Of a DNA stretch of 64,000 nucleotides, positions 1-9,432 are shown in pieces. Numbering within the stretch: position 1 is the first letter of the stretch; every line of letters starts with the position of its first letter. The position numbers and the translations under genes were made by a program. Below the pieces are notes generated by a model. That model worked only from the letters and a program-made list of their open reading frames with translations. It made no database searches and was not told the DNA's origin. The DNA comes from Tepidisphaera sp. (GTDB lineage: Bacteria; Planctomycetota; Phycisphaerae; Phycisphaerales; UBA1924). The stretch lies in NCBI GenBank assembly GCA_050916045.1, contig CP051526.1, positions 416,001 to 480,000 on the forward strand, given 5' to 3'.

Positions 1-661
1 CGGCTTTGATGCGGAACATGTTCTGAGCGATGACGGGGTGCTGGTTGTTGTTGGCGATCCACTCGATGGGGAAGTCGCCGGCGTTGCAGGAGGTCGTGCC
101 GACCGCGAAGGGGGTGATCCCGCCGACCGGGGTGTACCGGCCGACGTCGATCAGGTCGCCGACGATGACGTCAGGCCCGTCGGTGGGGGGCGGGGGCGGA
201 TCCTGGAGAGCAACGCGGATGGAGTACGCTCCGGTCGCGTTGTTGTACCCGGCGACGCGGATCAGGTAGGTCACGCCGGCTTGCACCGTCGTCTGGATGG
301 TGGACTGCGTCCCGCAGGCGTCGTCGTTGCAGACCAGCACCACCGCTCCCGGAGCGCCGCGGCAGCCCGTGTGCACCGAGAGGACCGTGTCCCAGTTCGC
401 CAGACCGCAGGTGTCGACCACCAGAAGCTTGGTCTCGGCGGGCGTGAAGCTGTACCAGACGTCCGGGCTGGAGTTTGAATTGCCGCAGGTGCCCACGCCG
501 TCGTTCGTGGAGCCAACCGTCGTGCCCGAGTAAACGCCAGGACCCGCAATCACGGTCGCCGTCGCGCACGAGTTGCTGCCGGCTTGCGCCAGAACGGAGC
601 CTGCGGGAATCGCCGCGGCAAGGCCGGCGAACGAAACCAATCCAACGATGCGACGACTCAT
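1..661 (-). CDS. Secreted protein, 3'-partial (runs off left edge); Cys-containing PPC-like N-terminal domain followed by an uncharacterised domain
   Basis: Not in the ORF track. Manual translation from ATG at 661: MSRRIVGLVSFAGLAAAIPAGSVLAQ (signal peptide)...SPDVWYSFTP...WDTVLSVHTGC...CNDDACG...TYLIRVAGY...PPPPPTDGPDVIVGDL...VGTTSCNAGD...NNQHPVIAQNMFR; open to position 1; GGAGG upstream. Confidence 0.85.
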   Translation of the reverse strand, partial: MSRRIVGLVSFAGLAAAIPAGSVLAQAGSNSCATATVIAGPGVYSGTTVGSTNDGVGTCGNSNSSPDVWYSFTPAETKLLVVDTCGLANWDTVLSVHTGCRGAPGAVVLVCNDDACGTQSTIQTTVQAGVTYLIRVAGYNNATGAYSIRVALQDPPPPPTDGPDVIVGDLIDVGRYTPVGGITPFAVGTTSCNAGDFPIEWIANNNQHPVIAQNMFRIKA

Positions 662-891
662 GGGGGTGCCTCCAGAAAGCACGGACATAGGGAGAGAACC
701 ACAAACACGGACCGGCGAATGCCACGCCCGTGGCCCGGTCCGACCGAGCTCACAGAATACCGGCACCTGCGTCCTCAGGAGCACAAAGTTCCGGAATTTT
801 GCCGTTTGCGGCCGCCGGGCCGACGAGGCGTGTCGCAAAAACGACACGTGAACAACCCAAACGAGGGTCGTGGTCGCTGGGGCCGTTCGGA

Positions 892-2307
892 TCAGCAGCC
901 GGCTTGGAAGGCTTCCACGAATCCGTCGTAATCGAAGAAGTCCACGAAGTCGTCCCCGTTCACGTCGGCCGTCCGGCCGGCGGGGCACCCGAAGCCTTCG
1001 AAGCACGCGACGAACGCGTCGTAGTCGAAGAAATCGACGAACCCGTCGTTGTTGAAATCCGCGGTGCAGCGACGCTCGGTCCGGTACGCTTTGACGTTCG
1101 TGCTGATGCCCGCGACGACAAGCGTTCCGTCCCGGCCGATGGCGGGGGCTCCGATGTTGATGTTGGGGACCGCGACGGACCATCGTTCGCGAAGGTCCGG
1201 GCCAAAGCAGTAGAAGCGCCCCTGGGCGAATTCGCCGTTGGACACAAAGAGCTTGCCCTCGGCGTCGCAAGCCATGCGGACGGCTCCGAGCGGCGTTGCC
1301 AGCACGCCGGTGGATTCAAGCTCGAATCCGTCCGAGGCACGGAGCTTGCGGATCGAGTTGTCCGGGAAGGGCACGAAGACGGCGTCCTGCGTCGCGGCGA
1401 ACTCGGCCGCGTAGGTGTACCGGCTTGCGACACGCCAGCGCTCGACGATCGCTGAACCCGTGTCCGCGAACGCGTAGAAGAAGTCCACCGACGCGTTGTT
1501 CTGCACGCGGTTGAGATAAATGGTGCCGTCGGGGCCCACCAGCGGTGTGTTCTGAATCGTAAAGCCCGACATGAGCGTGCTCTGGTAGAGGAACGCTCCC
1601 GTTTCCGCGTCGAACTTCTTGATGACGTGCCCGCCCGGCACCACATCGGCGAGGTACACCGCTTGACCCGTCGCGTCGGGCGCGAGCGCCCCGCCGCAGT
1701 TTCCGCTGACCGAGCAGACGCGCGGCGTGGTCCAGACCGTCGTGCCGTCGGTCGCGTTGATGCGCCGAACCCACGACATGCTCGCGATGATCAGGTCGCC
1801 GTCTTCGGCGAAAACCACGCCGTCGTACGCGCCCGCGTTGATCAGCTCGGCGCTCTGCCACAGGACCGCGCCCGTGGCCGCGTTCAGGCAGTAAAGCCGG
1901 GCCGACACCGACGCTCCGTTGCCGGAACGGGCCGCGTACACCCGGCCGTCCCGCGCCCCGGCGACCCACGTCGTCCAGTCGCCGGAGTTCGCCGGGATGT
2001 TTGTCGCCCAAAGCTCGCGGCCTGTGTCCAGGTCCATCGCAACCACCGGTGAGCGGTTGGATTCGGGCGGAAAGCCCGTCTGCCGGACCATGAAGACCCG
2101 CGCCCCCTCGATCACCGGCTGCCACGCGATGATCGAGTTCCGACCACCCGACCAAAGCTCGGACGCCGAATCGGGGCCGAACTCGGCGGTGGCGCCGTTA
2201 CGCCCGGGATTTCCCCCGGCATTGGACCAGCCCTGGCCGCACGCGGACGCGGCGAGCCCCATCGATGTACCCGCAAACAGAAGTCTCATGGTCGAGGTGG
2301 TCGGCAC
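892..2307 (-). CDS. Secreted PQQ-like/BamB-type beta-propeller protein with C-terminal GC-type dockerin-like domain
   Basis: GTG start with GGAGG. Signal peptide, repeats such as 'AMDLDTGRELW', 'CLNAATGAVLW', 'INATDGTTVW', and terminal CTADFNNDGFVDFFDY..ADVNGDDFVDFFDY..FQAGC. Confidence 0.85.
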   Translation of the reverse strand: MPTTSTMRLLFAGTSMGLAASACGQGWSNAGGNPGRNGATAEFGPDSASELWSGGRNSIIAWQPVIEGARVFMVRQTGFPPESNRSPVVAMDLDTGRELWATNIPANSGDWTTWVAGARDGRVYAARSGNGASVSARLYCLNAATGAVLWQSAELINAGAYDGVVFAEDGDLIIASMSWVRRINATDGTTVWTTPRVCSVSGNCGGALAPDATGQAVYLADVVPGGHVIKKFDAETGAFLYQSTLMSGFTIQNTPLVGPDGTIYLNRVQNNASVDFFYAFADTGSAIVERWRVASRYTYAAEFAATQDAVFVPFPDNSIRKLRASDGFELESTGVLATPLGAVRMACDAEGKLFVSNGEFAQGRFYCFGPDLRERWSVAVPNINIGAPAIGRDGTLVVAGISTNVKAYRTERRCTADFNNDGFVDFFDYDAFVACFEGFGCPAGRTADVNGDDFVDFFDYDGFVEAFQAGC

Positions 2308-2507
2308 GATTCAAGCCTCCGGTTTCGTGGAATCACGTCCACGGGCAGTCTACCGCATGAGGGCGCCAGATTGAACCTTGAATGAAGAGACGGAACGAGT
2401 CTTCAGAAAAAGGGAGCGCAGGCCTCCGCTTTCGGTTACTCTCTCGGATAGTCGGGTCCGACCCCCCAACTCGTGGAGCGGGCGGAATCCGTGCAGGAGA
2501 AGATGAG

Positions 2508-5348
2508 ATGCGTGCGATGAAAGCGGCTTTGGTCGCGGCGGCGGGTCTGTCGGCGTTGGTCACGACGGCGGCCAACGGGGATGTTCGAGTTCTGGTCCTG
2601 GGAGATGCGAGCGAGCCGTCGTGGCAAGCCGACGTGATCTCGAAGATCCAGGCGACCGGCCGCGTGGACGGTGTGATTGATTCGTTCAACAACGACGGCG
2701 GCGGCGTTCCCACGCTGGCGCAGCTGAAAAGCTATGACGTGGTCCTGGTCTGGACCGACAACGGTCTTGATGACGGCGTGGCGCTCGGAAACGTGCTGGC
2801 CGATTATGTGGATGCGGGCGGCAACGTCATTGAGATGGCGTTTGGCCTTTACGACTTCCCCGGCATCGGAATCCAAGGCCGGTGGAAGACCGGCGGGTAC
2901 GCGGCGATGACCGCCCCCAGCCAGCTCGGCTTTTCCACGCAGGGCATCGGGACGAGGCAGGTCCCCAGCCACCCGATTCTCGAGGGTGTGGGAGCCTTCT
3001 CGGGCGGCACTTCGAGCTTCCGTCTCACCGCGACCGTCACCCCGGGTAGCTACCTGATCGCGTCGTGGAACGACGCCGCGAACACGCCCCTCGTGGCGAC
3101 GCGGCACGTGAACGCCGGCAAGGTCGCGGGCCTGAACTTCTTCCCGGCCTCGAGCGATGCTCGTGGCGACTTCTGGACCGCCGGCACGGGCGGTGACATC
3201 CTCATCGCCAACGCGATCAACTTCGTCGCCAATAACAGCGTGGATGCGCTGATCATCGGCGCGGCGAACCCGACGTGGGTCGAGGAGGTCAAGGACCGGC
3301 TGCTGGAAAGCGGCCGCGTCGGCGGCCGTATCGACATCGTGAACGGCGCCGCGACGACGCCGACGGTCGGCGACCTTCGCAGCTACGACACGGTTCTCGT
3401 CTTCTCCGACGCCCCGTTCGCCAACTTCATCGCGCTGGGCAACAACCTCGCGGACTACGTTGATTCCGGTGGCGGCGTGATCGTTTCGACCTTCGCCACG
3501 GCGGACTCCCCCGGGTTCCACCCAGGCGGCAGGTTCGAATCCGACGGGTACAACCCCTTCTCGCTCGGAACGACCACCACGAGTCCAGTGACGCTCGGGA
3601 CGCGTTTCATCGCGGAGCATCCGCTTCTGAAGAACATCGGCTCCTTCGACGGGGGCACGTCCAGCTACCGATCGCAGGCCGCATTCCGTCCGGGCTCGGT
3701 GCCGATTGCTCGCTGGTCCGACGGCCTCCCGCTGGTGGCGGCGATGCCCGGCCGCAAGGGGCGCATCGCGGGCCTGAACTTCTACCCGCCCTCCTCCGTC
3801 TCCCGATCGGATTTCTGGAATCGCGGCACCGACGGTTCGGCGCTGATCGCCAACGCGATGAACTGGACGGCCCGCAACGACAACGACGTCCTCATCCTCG
3901 GGGACAACGCCGTCGGGAACGCGTTCGGCGACATCACGTCCAAGCTTCGTCCCGAGCTCGATGGCACGATTGACACTTTCGACATCACGACGGGGACGCC
4001 CGGCATCGCGCGGCTCCGCAAGTACGACAGCGTCATGGTTTACCTCTCCGTTTTCCCGGCGGAGTCGGACGTTCTGGGCGACCGACTCGCCGAGTTTGTC
4101 GACGGCGGTGGCGGCGTGGTCGACATGTTCGGGACCACGCTCTCCGGCTTTGCGATCGGCGGGCGGTTCAACAGCCAGGGTTACTCGGGCCTTCTCGTCG
4201 GCGGGAATGCTCAGCCCGGCACCTTGACGCTCGGCGCCCGACTCCAGCCGCTTCACCCCGTGCTCGAGAGTGTCGGCGAGGTCAACATCGGCGGACTCGG
4301 AGCGCACAACGCCGGAGGCGTCCGTCCGGGCTCGCTCCGCATCGCCGATCTCTCCAACGGCGCCCCCTTCATCGTCGAACGCGCCACCGGCACCGGCCGC
4401 GTGCTGACGCTCAACTTCTTCCCCGTTTCCAACGATGTCTTCCCCGGCCTCTGGCTGCCGTCCACCGACGGTGCCAAGCTGATGGCCAACGCTCTGGACC
4501 ACGTCGCTCGCTCGGATATCGAGGTGCTCAGCCTCGCGACCCAGGCGGTCGGTAGCACCCTGGAAGCCGACGTGCGCAAGAAGATCGAACGCACTTCCCG
4601 CATTCGTTCGAAGCTCGACGCGTTCGACAACCAGGCGGGCAATCCGCCGCGGGGCCTGCTCCTGGCCTATGACGCTGTGCTGGCCTGGTCGAACTTCGGC
4701 CAGCCCGACGGCGTCGATCTGGGCAACAAGCTCGCGGACTACGCGGACGCGGGCGGCGGCGTTGTGACGCTTGCCGGCCTTCACTCGGGGACGACCTTCG
4801 GCGCGACCGGCCGCTGGATCAACCGTCCGTACGGCGCTGCGGCATTCGGCGCTGGCGTCTTCCGCGAGCTCGGCGTCGGCATCGGCACGCGGCACTTCCC
4901 GGCTCACCCGGCCCTCGTCGGTGTCAACTCGCTGAACCTCGGCGACGGCATCCATGACTTCGCCACGACCTCCTCGATCGGCGTTCGCATCGCCGACCTG
5001 AGCAACGGCCGTCCGCTCGTGGCGGAAGCCAAAGCCTCCGGCGCTCGCCAGACCATCGCGCTCAACATGTTCCCTGCCTCGACCGACGGCATCGTCAGCG
5101 GGTGGGACGCCACGACCCAGGGCGGTCTGCTCATGGCCAACTCCCTGACCTACGTGTCCAAGGAGCGTCCGTGCCGTGCCGACTTTAACGGCGACGCCTT
5201 CCTCGACTTCTTCGACTACAGCGATTACGTCGACTGCTTCGAGACGGGCACCTGCCCGCCCGGACGCACCGCCGACTTCAACGGCGACGGGTTCGTCGAC
5301 TTCTTCGACTACGCCGACTACGTCACGGCCTTCGAGCAGGGCTGCTGA
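2508..5348 (+). CDS. Secreted protein with four tandem ~215-aa class-I GATase/ThuA-like modules and a C-terminal GC-type dockerin-like domain
   Basis: Start reassigned to ATG 2508 (AGGAG upstream; signal peptide MRAMKAALVAAAGLSALVTTAANG). Four copies of YDxV..LGxxLA(D/E)(Y/F)xDxGGxV..LNxxP..ANxxxxxA; ends FEQGC. Confidence 0.85.
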   Translation: MRAMKAALVAAAGLSALVTTAANGDVRVLVLGDASEPSWQADVISKIQATGRVDGVIDSFNNDGGGVPTLAQLKSYDVVLVWTDNGLDDGVALGNVLADYVDAGGNVIEMAFGLYDFPGIGIQGRWKTGGYAAMTAPSQLGFSTQGIGTRQVPSHPILEGVGAFSGGTSSFRLTATVTPGSYLIASWNDAANTPLVATRHVNAGKVAGLNFFPASSDARGDFWTAGTGGDILIANAINFVANNSVDALIIGAANPTWVEEVKDRLLESGRVGGRIDIVNGAATTPTVGDLRSYDTVLVFSDAPFANFIALGNNLADYVDSGGGVIVSTFATADSPGFHPGGRFESDGYNPFSLGTTTTSPVTLGTRFIAEHPLLKNIGSFDGGTSSYRSQAAFRPGSVPIARWSDGLPLVAAMPGRKGRIAGLNFYPPSSVSRSDFWNRGTDGSALIANAMNWTARNDNDVLILGDNAVGNAFGDITSKLRPELDGTIDTFDITTGTPGIARLRKYDSVMVYLSVFPAESDVLGDRLAEFVDGGGGVVDMFGTTLSGFAIGGRFNSQGYSGLLVGGNAQPGTLTLGARLQPLHPVLESVGEVNIGGLGAHNAGGVRPGSLRIADLSNGAPFIVERATGTGRVLTLNFFPVSNDVFPGLWLPSTDGAKLMANALDHVARSDIEVLSLATQAVGSTLEADVRKKIERTSRIRSKLDAFDNQAGNPPRGLLLAYDAVLAWSNFGQPDGVDLGNKLADYADAGGGVVTLAGLHSGTTFGATGRWINRPYGAAAFGAGVFRELGVGIGTRHFPAHPALVGVNSLNLGDGIHDFATTSSIGVRIADLSNGRPLVAEAKASGARQTIALNMFPASTDGIVSGWDATTQGGLLMANSLTYVSKERPCRADFNGDAFLDFFDYSDYVDCFETGTCPPGRTADFNGDGFVDFFDYADYVTAFEQGC

Positions 5349-5427
5349 GATCGGTTGGTGATCAGGTCTTTCTCGAGGCCCACGGGTTTGAACCCGTGGG
5401 CTTCTTTCTGCGCCCGTCGCCGCGGCC

Positions 5428-6645
5428 TCAGCGACGCAGGGCCAGCGCCAGGCGGATGCTCCGGTCGATCGCGCCCACCATGTTGTCCAGCGTCACCTTG
5501 TCGCGCATCAGCACCATCGCCCGGTCGCACACGCGGGTGACGGCCGCTCCGCCCGCGAGGATGTCGCGGACGCCCGCGACCATCGCGTTCAGGTTTCCCC
5601 GCTCGTAGCGCCAGCCGGTCTGTTCGCCCGGCTTCTCGCTTCCGACGAGGATTTCGCTGTCGGCGCCGATCTCGTTGGCGATGATCGTCGGCTTGCCGAA
5701 AGCCAGGCTCTGATTGATCGCAAGCCCGACCGCGCCCGGATAAATGCTCACATCGCACGTCGCGATCCACGCGTAATCATCCCCCTCGGGAACGCGGCCG
5801 GTCACCAGGATCCGCTCCTTGTCCACCGCCGCCGCTTTCGTCCGGATCTCCTCCAGAAGCGGCCCCCCGCTGATCAGCACGAGCACCAGGCCGGGGTCCA
5901 GCGCCGCGAGCTTGGGCCACGCGTCAAGCAAGTCCTGGTGCCGCTTGTCCGCGTCCATCCTCCCGATGCACAGCAAGATCTTCTTGCCGACAAGCCCGCG
6001 CTCCGCACGGATCGCCATCCCGCGAGCCCGCAGCGCATCGCCGTCGGTGAAGATCCGCCGCGTGTCGATCGTGTTGTTCGCGATGATCGCGCGGTCCGCC
6101 GGATACCCGAGCGCGACAAGCTCATCCTTGCTCGACTCGCCGTAACAGATCATCCGGTCGAACTTGTTGTAGAACTTGCGCTTGATCAGCGAAAGCAACC
6201 CAGCCGCTTTCGAATAGCTGTGCACCTTCGACCAGCCGATCACCGGCGTCCCCGACCGCTTGCACGCCGCGAGAAGCTGCCAGCACGAGAGGTTGCGGAG
6301 GTTGGCTTCGAGGATGAGCACGTCCGGCTTCTGCGAAAGCACCATCCCCATCGCGACGGGCCAGCTGAAGTACGACACACCGAGCCTGCGGCTGAGCTTG
6401 CGGTTCATCTCGTGGTAGAACGGCCGCCCCGCGCCGCCGATCGCCCCGCCGTTGCTCATCTCGCCAAAGACCTCGATCGCGTACCGACGGTTCCCCGGCC
6501 CGCCCGCCGCCGGCTCGCCAAGCCCGCGCTCCCGCACGCCGTCAAAGACCGGCGTCCGATACTGATGGATGTGCGATTGCAGGATCCACACCTTGGCCGG
6601 CGCGGAAGGAGCGATGGTCGGAATTGTCGCGTCAAGCGGGGTCAT
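5428..6645 (-). CDS. Glycosyltransferase family 4 (GT-B fold)
   Basis: 'LLCIGRMDADKRHQDLL', 'IYPGAVGLAINQSLAFGKPTI' and N-terminal 'HQYRTPVF' are typical of GT4. Confidence 0.85.
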   Translation of the reverse strand: MTPLDATIPTIAPSAPAKVWILQSHIHQYRTPVFDGVRERGLGEPAAGGPGNRRYAIEVFGEMSNGGAIGGAGRPFYHEMNRKLSRRLGVSYFSWPVAMGMVLSQKPDVLILEANLRNLSCWQLLAACKRSGTPVIGWSKVHSYSKAAGLLSLIKRKFYNKFDRMICYGESSKDELVALGYPADRAIIANNTIDTRRIFTDGDALRARGMAIRAERGLVGKKILLCIGRMDADKRHQDLLDAWPKLAALDPGLVLVLISGGPLLEEIRTKAAAVDKERILVTGRVPEGDDYAWIATCDVSIYPGAVGLAINQSLAFGKPTIIANEIGADSEILVGSEKPGEQTGWRYERGNLNAMVAGVRDILAGGAAVTRVCDRAMVLMRDKVTLDNMVGAIDRSIRLALALRR

Positions 6646-6786
6646 GCGTGCGGGACGGTAGGGAAAGAGCGGTGGGGCGGCTCACGGATGAGCCAGGCGT
6701 GGATATCGGCCGAATCGGCGCGACACTTGGAAATGGGCGTTGTGTCGCGGCTTAGATCAGATATGCTGGACCCGCCGGAGGGCCCC

Positions 6787-9270
6787 ATGCAACGAACCGC
6801 CGCCATCCTCTTCGCAGCCGGGTGCAGCGGGCTTTCATGGGCTCAGCCGCTTCCTTGCGAGGGCTGGGTCCCCCTTCCAGGGCAGGGCAACCCGTACATC
6901 TCCGGGCCGTCGGTGGTCGCATACGCCGCCGTCGGCTTTGACGCTGACGGGCCGGGACCGCTCCCCGACGATCTGATCGTCGCCGGCGAGAATCTGCGAA
7001 TGGATGGAGCCGCGAGCGGCAACGTCTATCGATGGGATGGGTCCCGCTGGCACACGATGGATGTGGGATTCGACCCGGGCGTCTACGCGCTCGCGGTGTA
7101 CCGGGGCCATCTCTACGCGGGCGGGCCCTTTGCGGCTTCGGGTGGACGGCAGACGGTCGCGCTGGCCCGCTGGACTGGTGACCGCTGGGAGCCCGTCCAA
7201 GGACCGGGCGGCGGGGTCTTCTCCCGCGCTTCCGGCGGTCCGCCGCAGGTGCGAGCCATGATTGTCCACGACGACAAACTCGTCGTGGTCGGCGGGTTCA
7301 CGGGCATCGGAACTCTGGCGGCGGGGAATATCGCCGCGTGGGACGGGACGGAGTTTTCGACGTTCGGCTTGGGGCTCGATGGTTACGTTCGAGCCGTCGC
7401 GGAACACGCGGGCGACCTGGTGGTCGCGGGCGACTTCCGGAACGCTGGGGGTCAGCGCGCAACCCGTCTCGCACGCTGGAACGGTGCGGCCTGGAGCTTT
7501 GTCGGCAACTCCGCGACGGATGAAGGCGTCGATGGCATCGCGAGAGCCGTCCTTTCGCACGAGGGGGAGCTTTTCATCGGAGGCGACTTCCGGACCGCCG
7601 GCCGAAGCACCGCGTCGCGGAGCATCGTCGCGTGGGGGCCCGGCGGCTGGCGGTCTTTCGGCAGCGACACGGACAACAGCGTTCGAAGCCTGCACGCTTC
7701 GAGATTTGGCCTCGTCGCCGCGGGGAACTTCACCCGGCTCGCGGGGCGCCCCGCCCGCGGCCTTTCGTTCTGGGATGGCGCATCGTGGAGTTCCCGGTAC
7801 GGAGAGCTGACGCCCTTCCCGGAACGTACGCCGCAGCCGTTCGTCATGACCGCAACAACGTGGAACGAAAGTCTCATCATCGGAGGTTCATTCACGTACG
7901 CGGGCGATGTGTGCGCCTCCTCGCTCGCGGGTCTTTCCGACACGGGCTGGCGTGGGTTCGCCGAGGGTCTCGGGGGAGGTCGGGTGCAGTTCACCGCCTT
8001 CTACCAAGGCCAGGTCTACGCGGCGGGAGCGTTCTGGAGCGCCGGCGCGGAGGTCCTGAATGGTCTTGCGCGGTGGGACGGTCGGAAATGGCGAGCCGTC
8101 CCCGGCTGGGGAAGGACGCGAAACCCGCAAGCCATGTTCGTGGCCGATGGCAAGCTCTGGCTCAGCGGCGTGATCAATCCCGCCGGTGCGATGGACGTGA
8201 CCGTGCCCGCGGCGATGTTCGACGGTGAGCGATGGCGGTGGGCATACGGCGGGCCGGTCGGCACGCCAAGCAACCTCGGCGCGTCGTTCTTCGACGGTGA
8301 ACTCGTGCTCTCCCTCCTGGGACAGGCGGGTGGAAACGCTCACTTCTGGAACGGCGAAACCTGGTCTGGTCCTTTGGCCCTGCCCGGAACGAGCGGCCAC
8401 GCCTTTCAACAGGGCGGCAAGCTCCTCGCCTTGGCACGCGAGGGTGACTTCTTCGGTCTTTACGAACGGTCGGGCGGTGGGTGGATCCGACTCGGCGACT
8501 CCGGCATGAGCTTCATTCACGCTTCCGTCGGCTTCCAGGATCGTCGGTACGTCAGCGGCGGCGGTCTGGATGTCTGCTCCATCTGGGATGGATCGCGCTG
8601 GGCTCTTGCCGGCCTGGATTTCATGACGTCCGCCGACACGATCCGGCCCGCCGGAGACGCGATGTACATCGCGGCTTCAAGCCAGTTCGGTGGCTCGGCG
8701 ATCTATGAGCACCGGGATGGAGCTATCGCCCGAACCATTCCGTGGTCAGACTTCGTGTCGTTCGAACGTCTCGGCGGCGAGTTCTTCGGCAAGCTCATGA
8801 TCAGCGGCTTTGCGCCCTATGAGGGAACCTCCGACGGCACGGCGGTCTACGCATCGGGCCCGCCGGTCATCATCGGCCAGCCGATCGCGCCCGATCCCTG
8901 CCCGCGCATTCCCCTCAAGCTCGATGCTGTGGCGCTCGGCGTTGGCGTGTCGTACCAGTGGCGTCGCAACGGCGTCCCGATCGACGGCGCGACGGCGAGC
9001 GTGTACGAAGACGCTTTCCCAGGCGACTCGAGGCCCGGCGACTACGACTGTGTTGTCTCCAACCCCTGCGGCGAGACCATTTCCGCAAGCGTGCGCTACG
9101 CCCCGTGCTTCGCCGACCACGACTGCAACGGCTTTATCGATTTCTTCGACTACGCGGATTTCGTCGCCGACTTTGAAATCGGCTCGCCACGAGCCGACGT
9201 CAACCGCGACGGCTTCATCGATTTCGCCGACTATGACACGTTTGTGAACGCATTCGAGAACGGTTGCTGA
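6787..9270 (+). CDS. Secreted WDG/WNG-repeat beta-propeller + Ig-like domain + GC-type dockerin-like domain
   Basis: Start reassigned to ATG 6787 (GGAGG upstream; signal peptide MQRTAAILFAAGCSGLSWA). Repeated 'L.vaG.F......lArWdG..W', Ig motif 'SYQWRRNGVPI..GDYDCVVSNPCG', ends FENGC. Confidence 0.85.
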   Translation: MQRTAAILFAAGCSGLSWAQPLPCEGWVPLPGQGNPYISGPSVVAYAAVGFDADGPGPLPDDLIVAGENLRMDGAASGNVYRWDGSRWHTMDVGFDPGVYALAVYRGHLYAGGPFAASGGRQTVALARWTGDRWEPVQGPGGGVFSRASGGPPQVRAMIVHDDKLVVVGGFTGIGTLAAGNIAAWDGTEFSTFGLGLDGYVRAVAEHAGDLVVAGDFRNAGGQRATRLARWNGAAWSFVGNSATDEGVDGIARAVLSHEGELFIGGDFRTAGRSTASRSIVAWGPGGWRSFGSDTDNSVRSLHASRFGLVAAGNFTRLAGRPARGLSFWDGASWSSRYGELTPFPERTPQPFVMTATTWNESLIIGGSFTYAGDVCASSLAGLSDTGWRGFAEGLGGGRVQFTAFYQGQVYAAGAFWSAGAEVLNGLARWDGRKWRAVPGWGRTRNPQAMFVADGKLWLSGVINPAGAMDVTVPAAMFDGERWRWAYGGPVGTPSNLGASFFDGELVLSLLGQAGGNAHFWNGETWSGPLALPGTSGHAFQQGGKLLALAREGDFFGLYERSGGGWIRLGDSGMSFIHASVGFQDRRYVSGGGLDVCSIWDGSRWALAGLDFMTSADTIRPAGDAMYIAASSQFGGSAIYEHRDGAIARTIPWSDFVSFERLGGEFFGKLMISGFAPYEGTSDGTAVYASGPPVIIGQPIAPDPCPRIPLKLDAVALGVGVSYQWRRNGVPIDGATASVYEDAFPGDSRPGDYDCVVSNPCGETISASVRYAPCFADHDCNGFIDFFDYADFVADFEIGSPRADVNRDGFIDFADYDTFVNAFENGC

Positions 9271-9432
9271 ACAGCAAGCACAAATATGTGCCACGGTGAT
9301 CCGGAGGAGCCGGCTCATCGTGGCCCCGGGCAATACATATCCCTCCCGACGCAGGTCCAGCCCCCGCAGCCCGCCAGAAATCACACTTGTGCCGGAACAA
9401 AAGCGGGTATACTGCCTCCGACTGGAGGCGCC

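Noticed and set aside
5938..6786. Long N-terminal extensions in the ORF track (5938, 2382, 9286, 36346, 40203-minus, 45734-minus and others)
   Set aside because: They overlap neighbouring real genes or intergenic DNA. SD, -10 and signal-peptide evidence supports the downstream starts used here.
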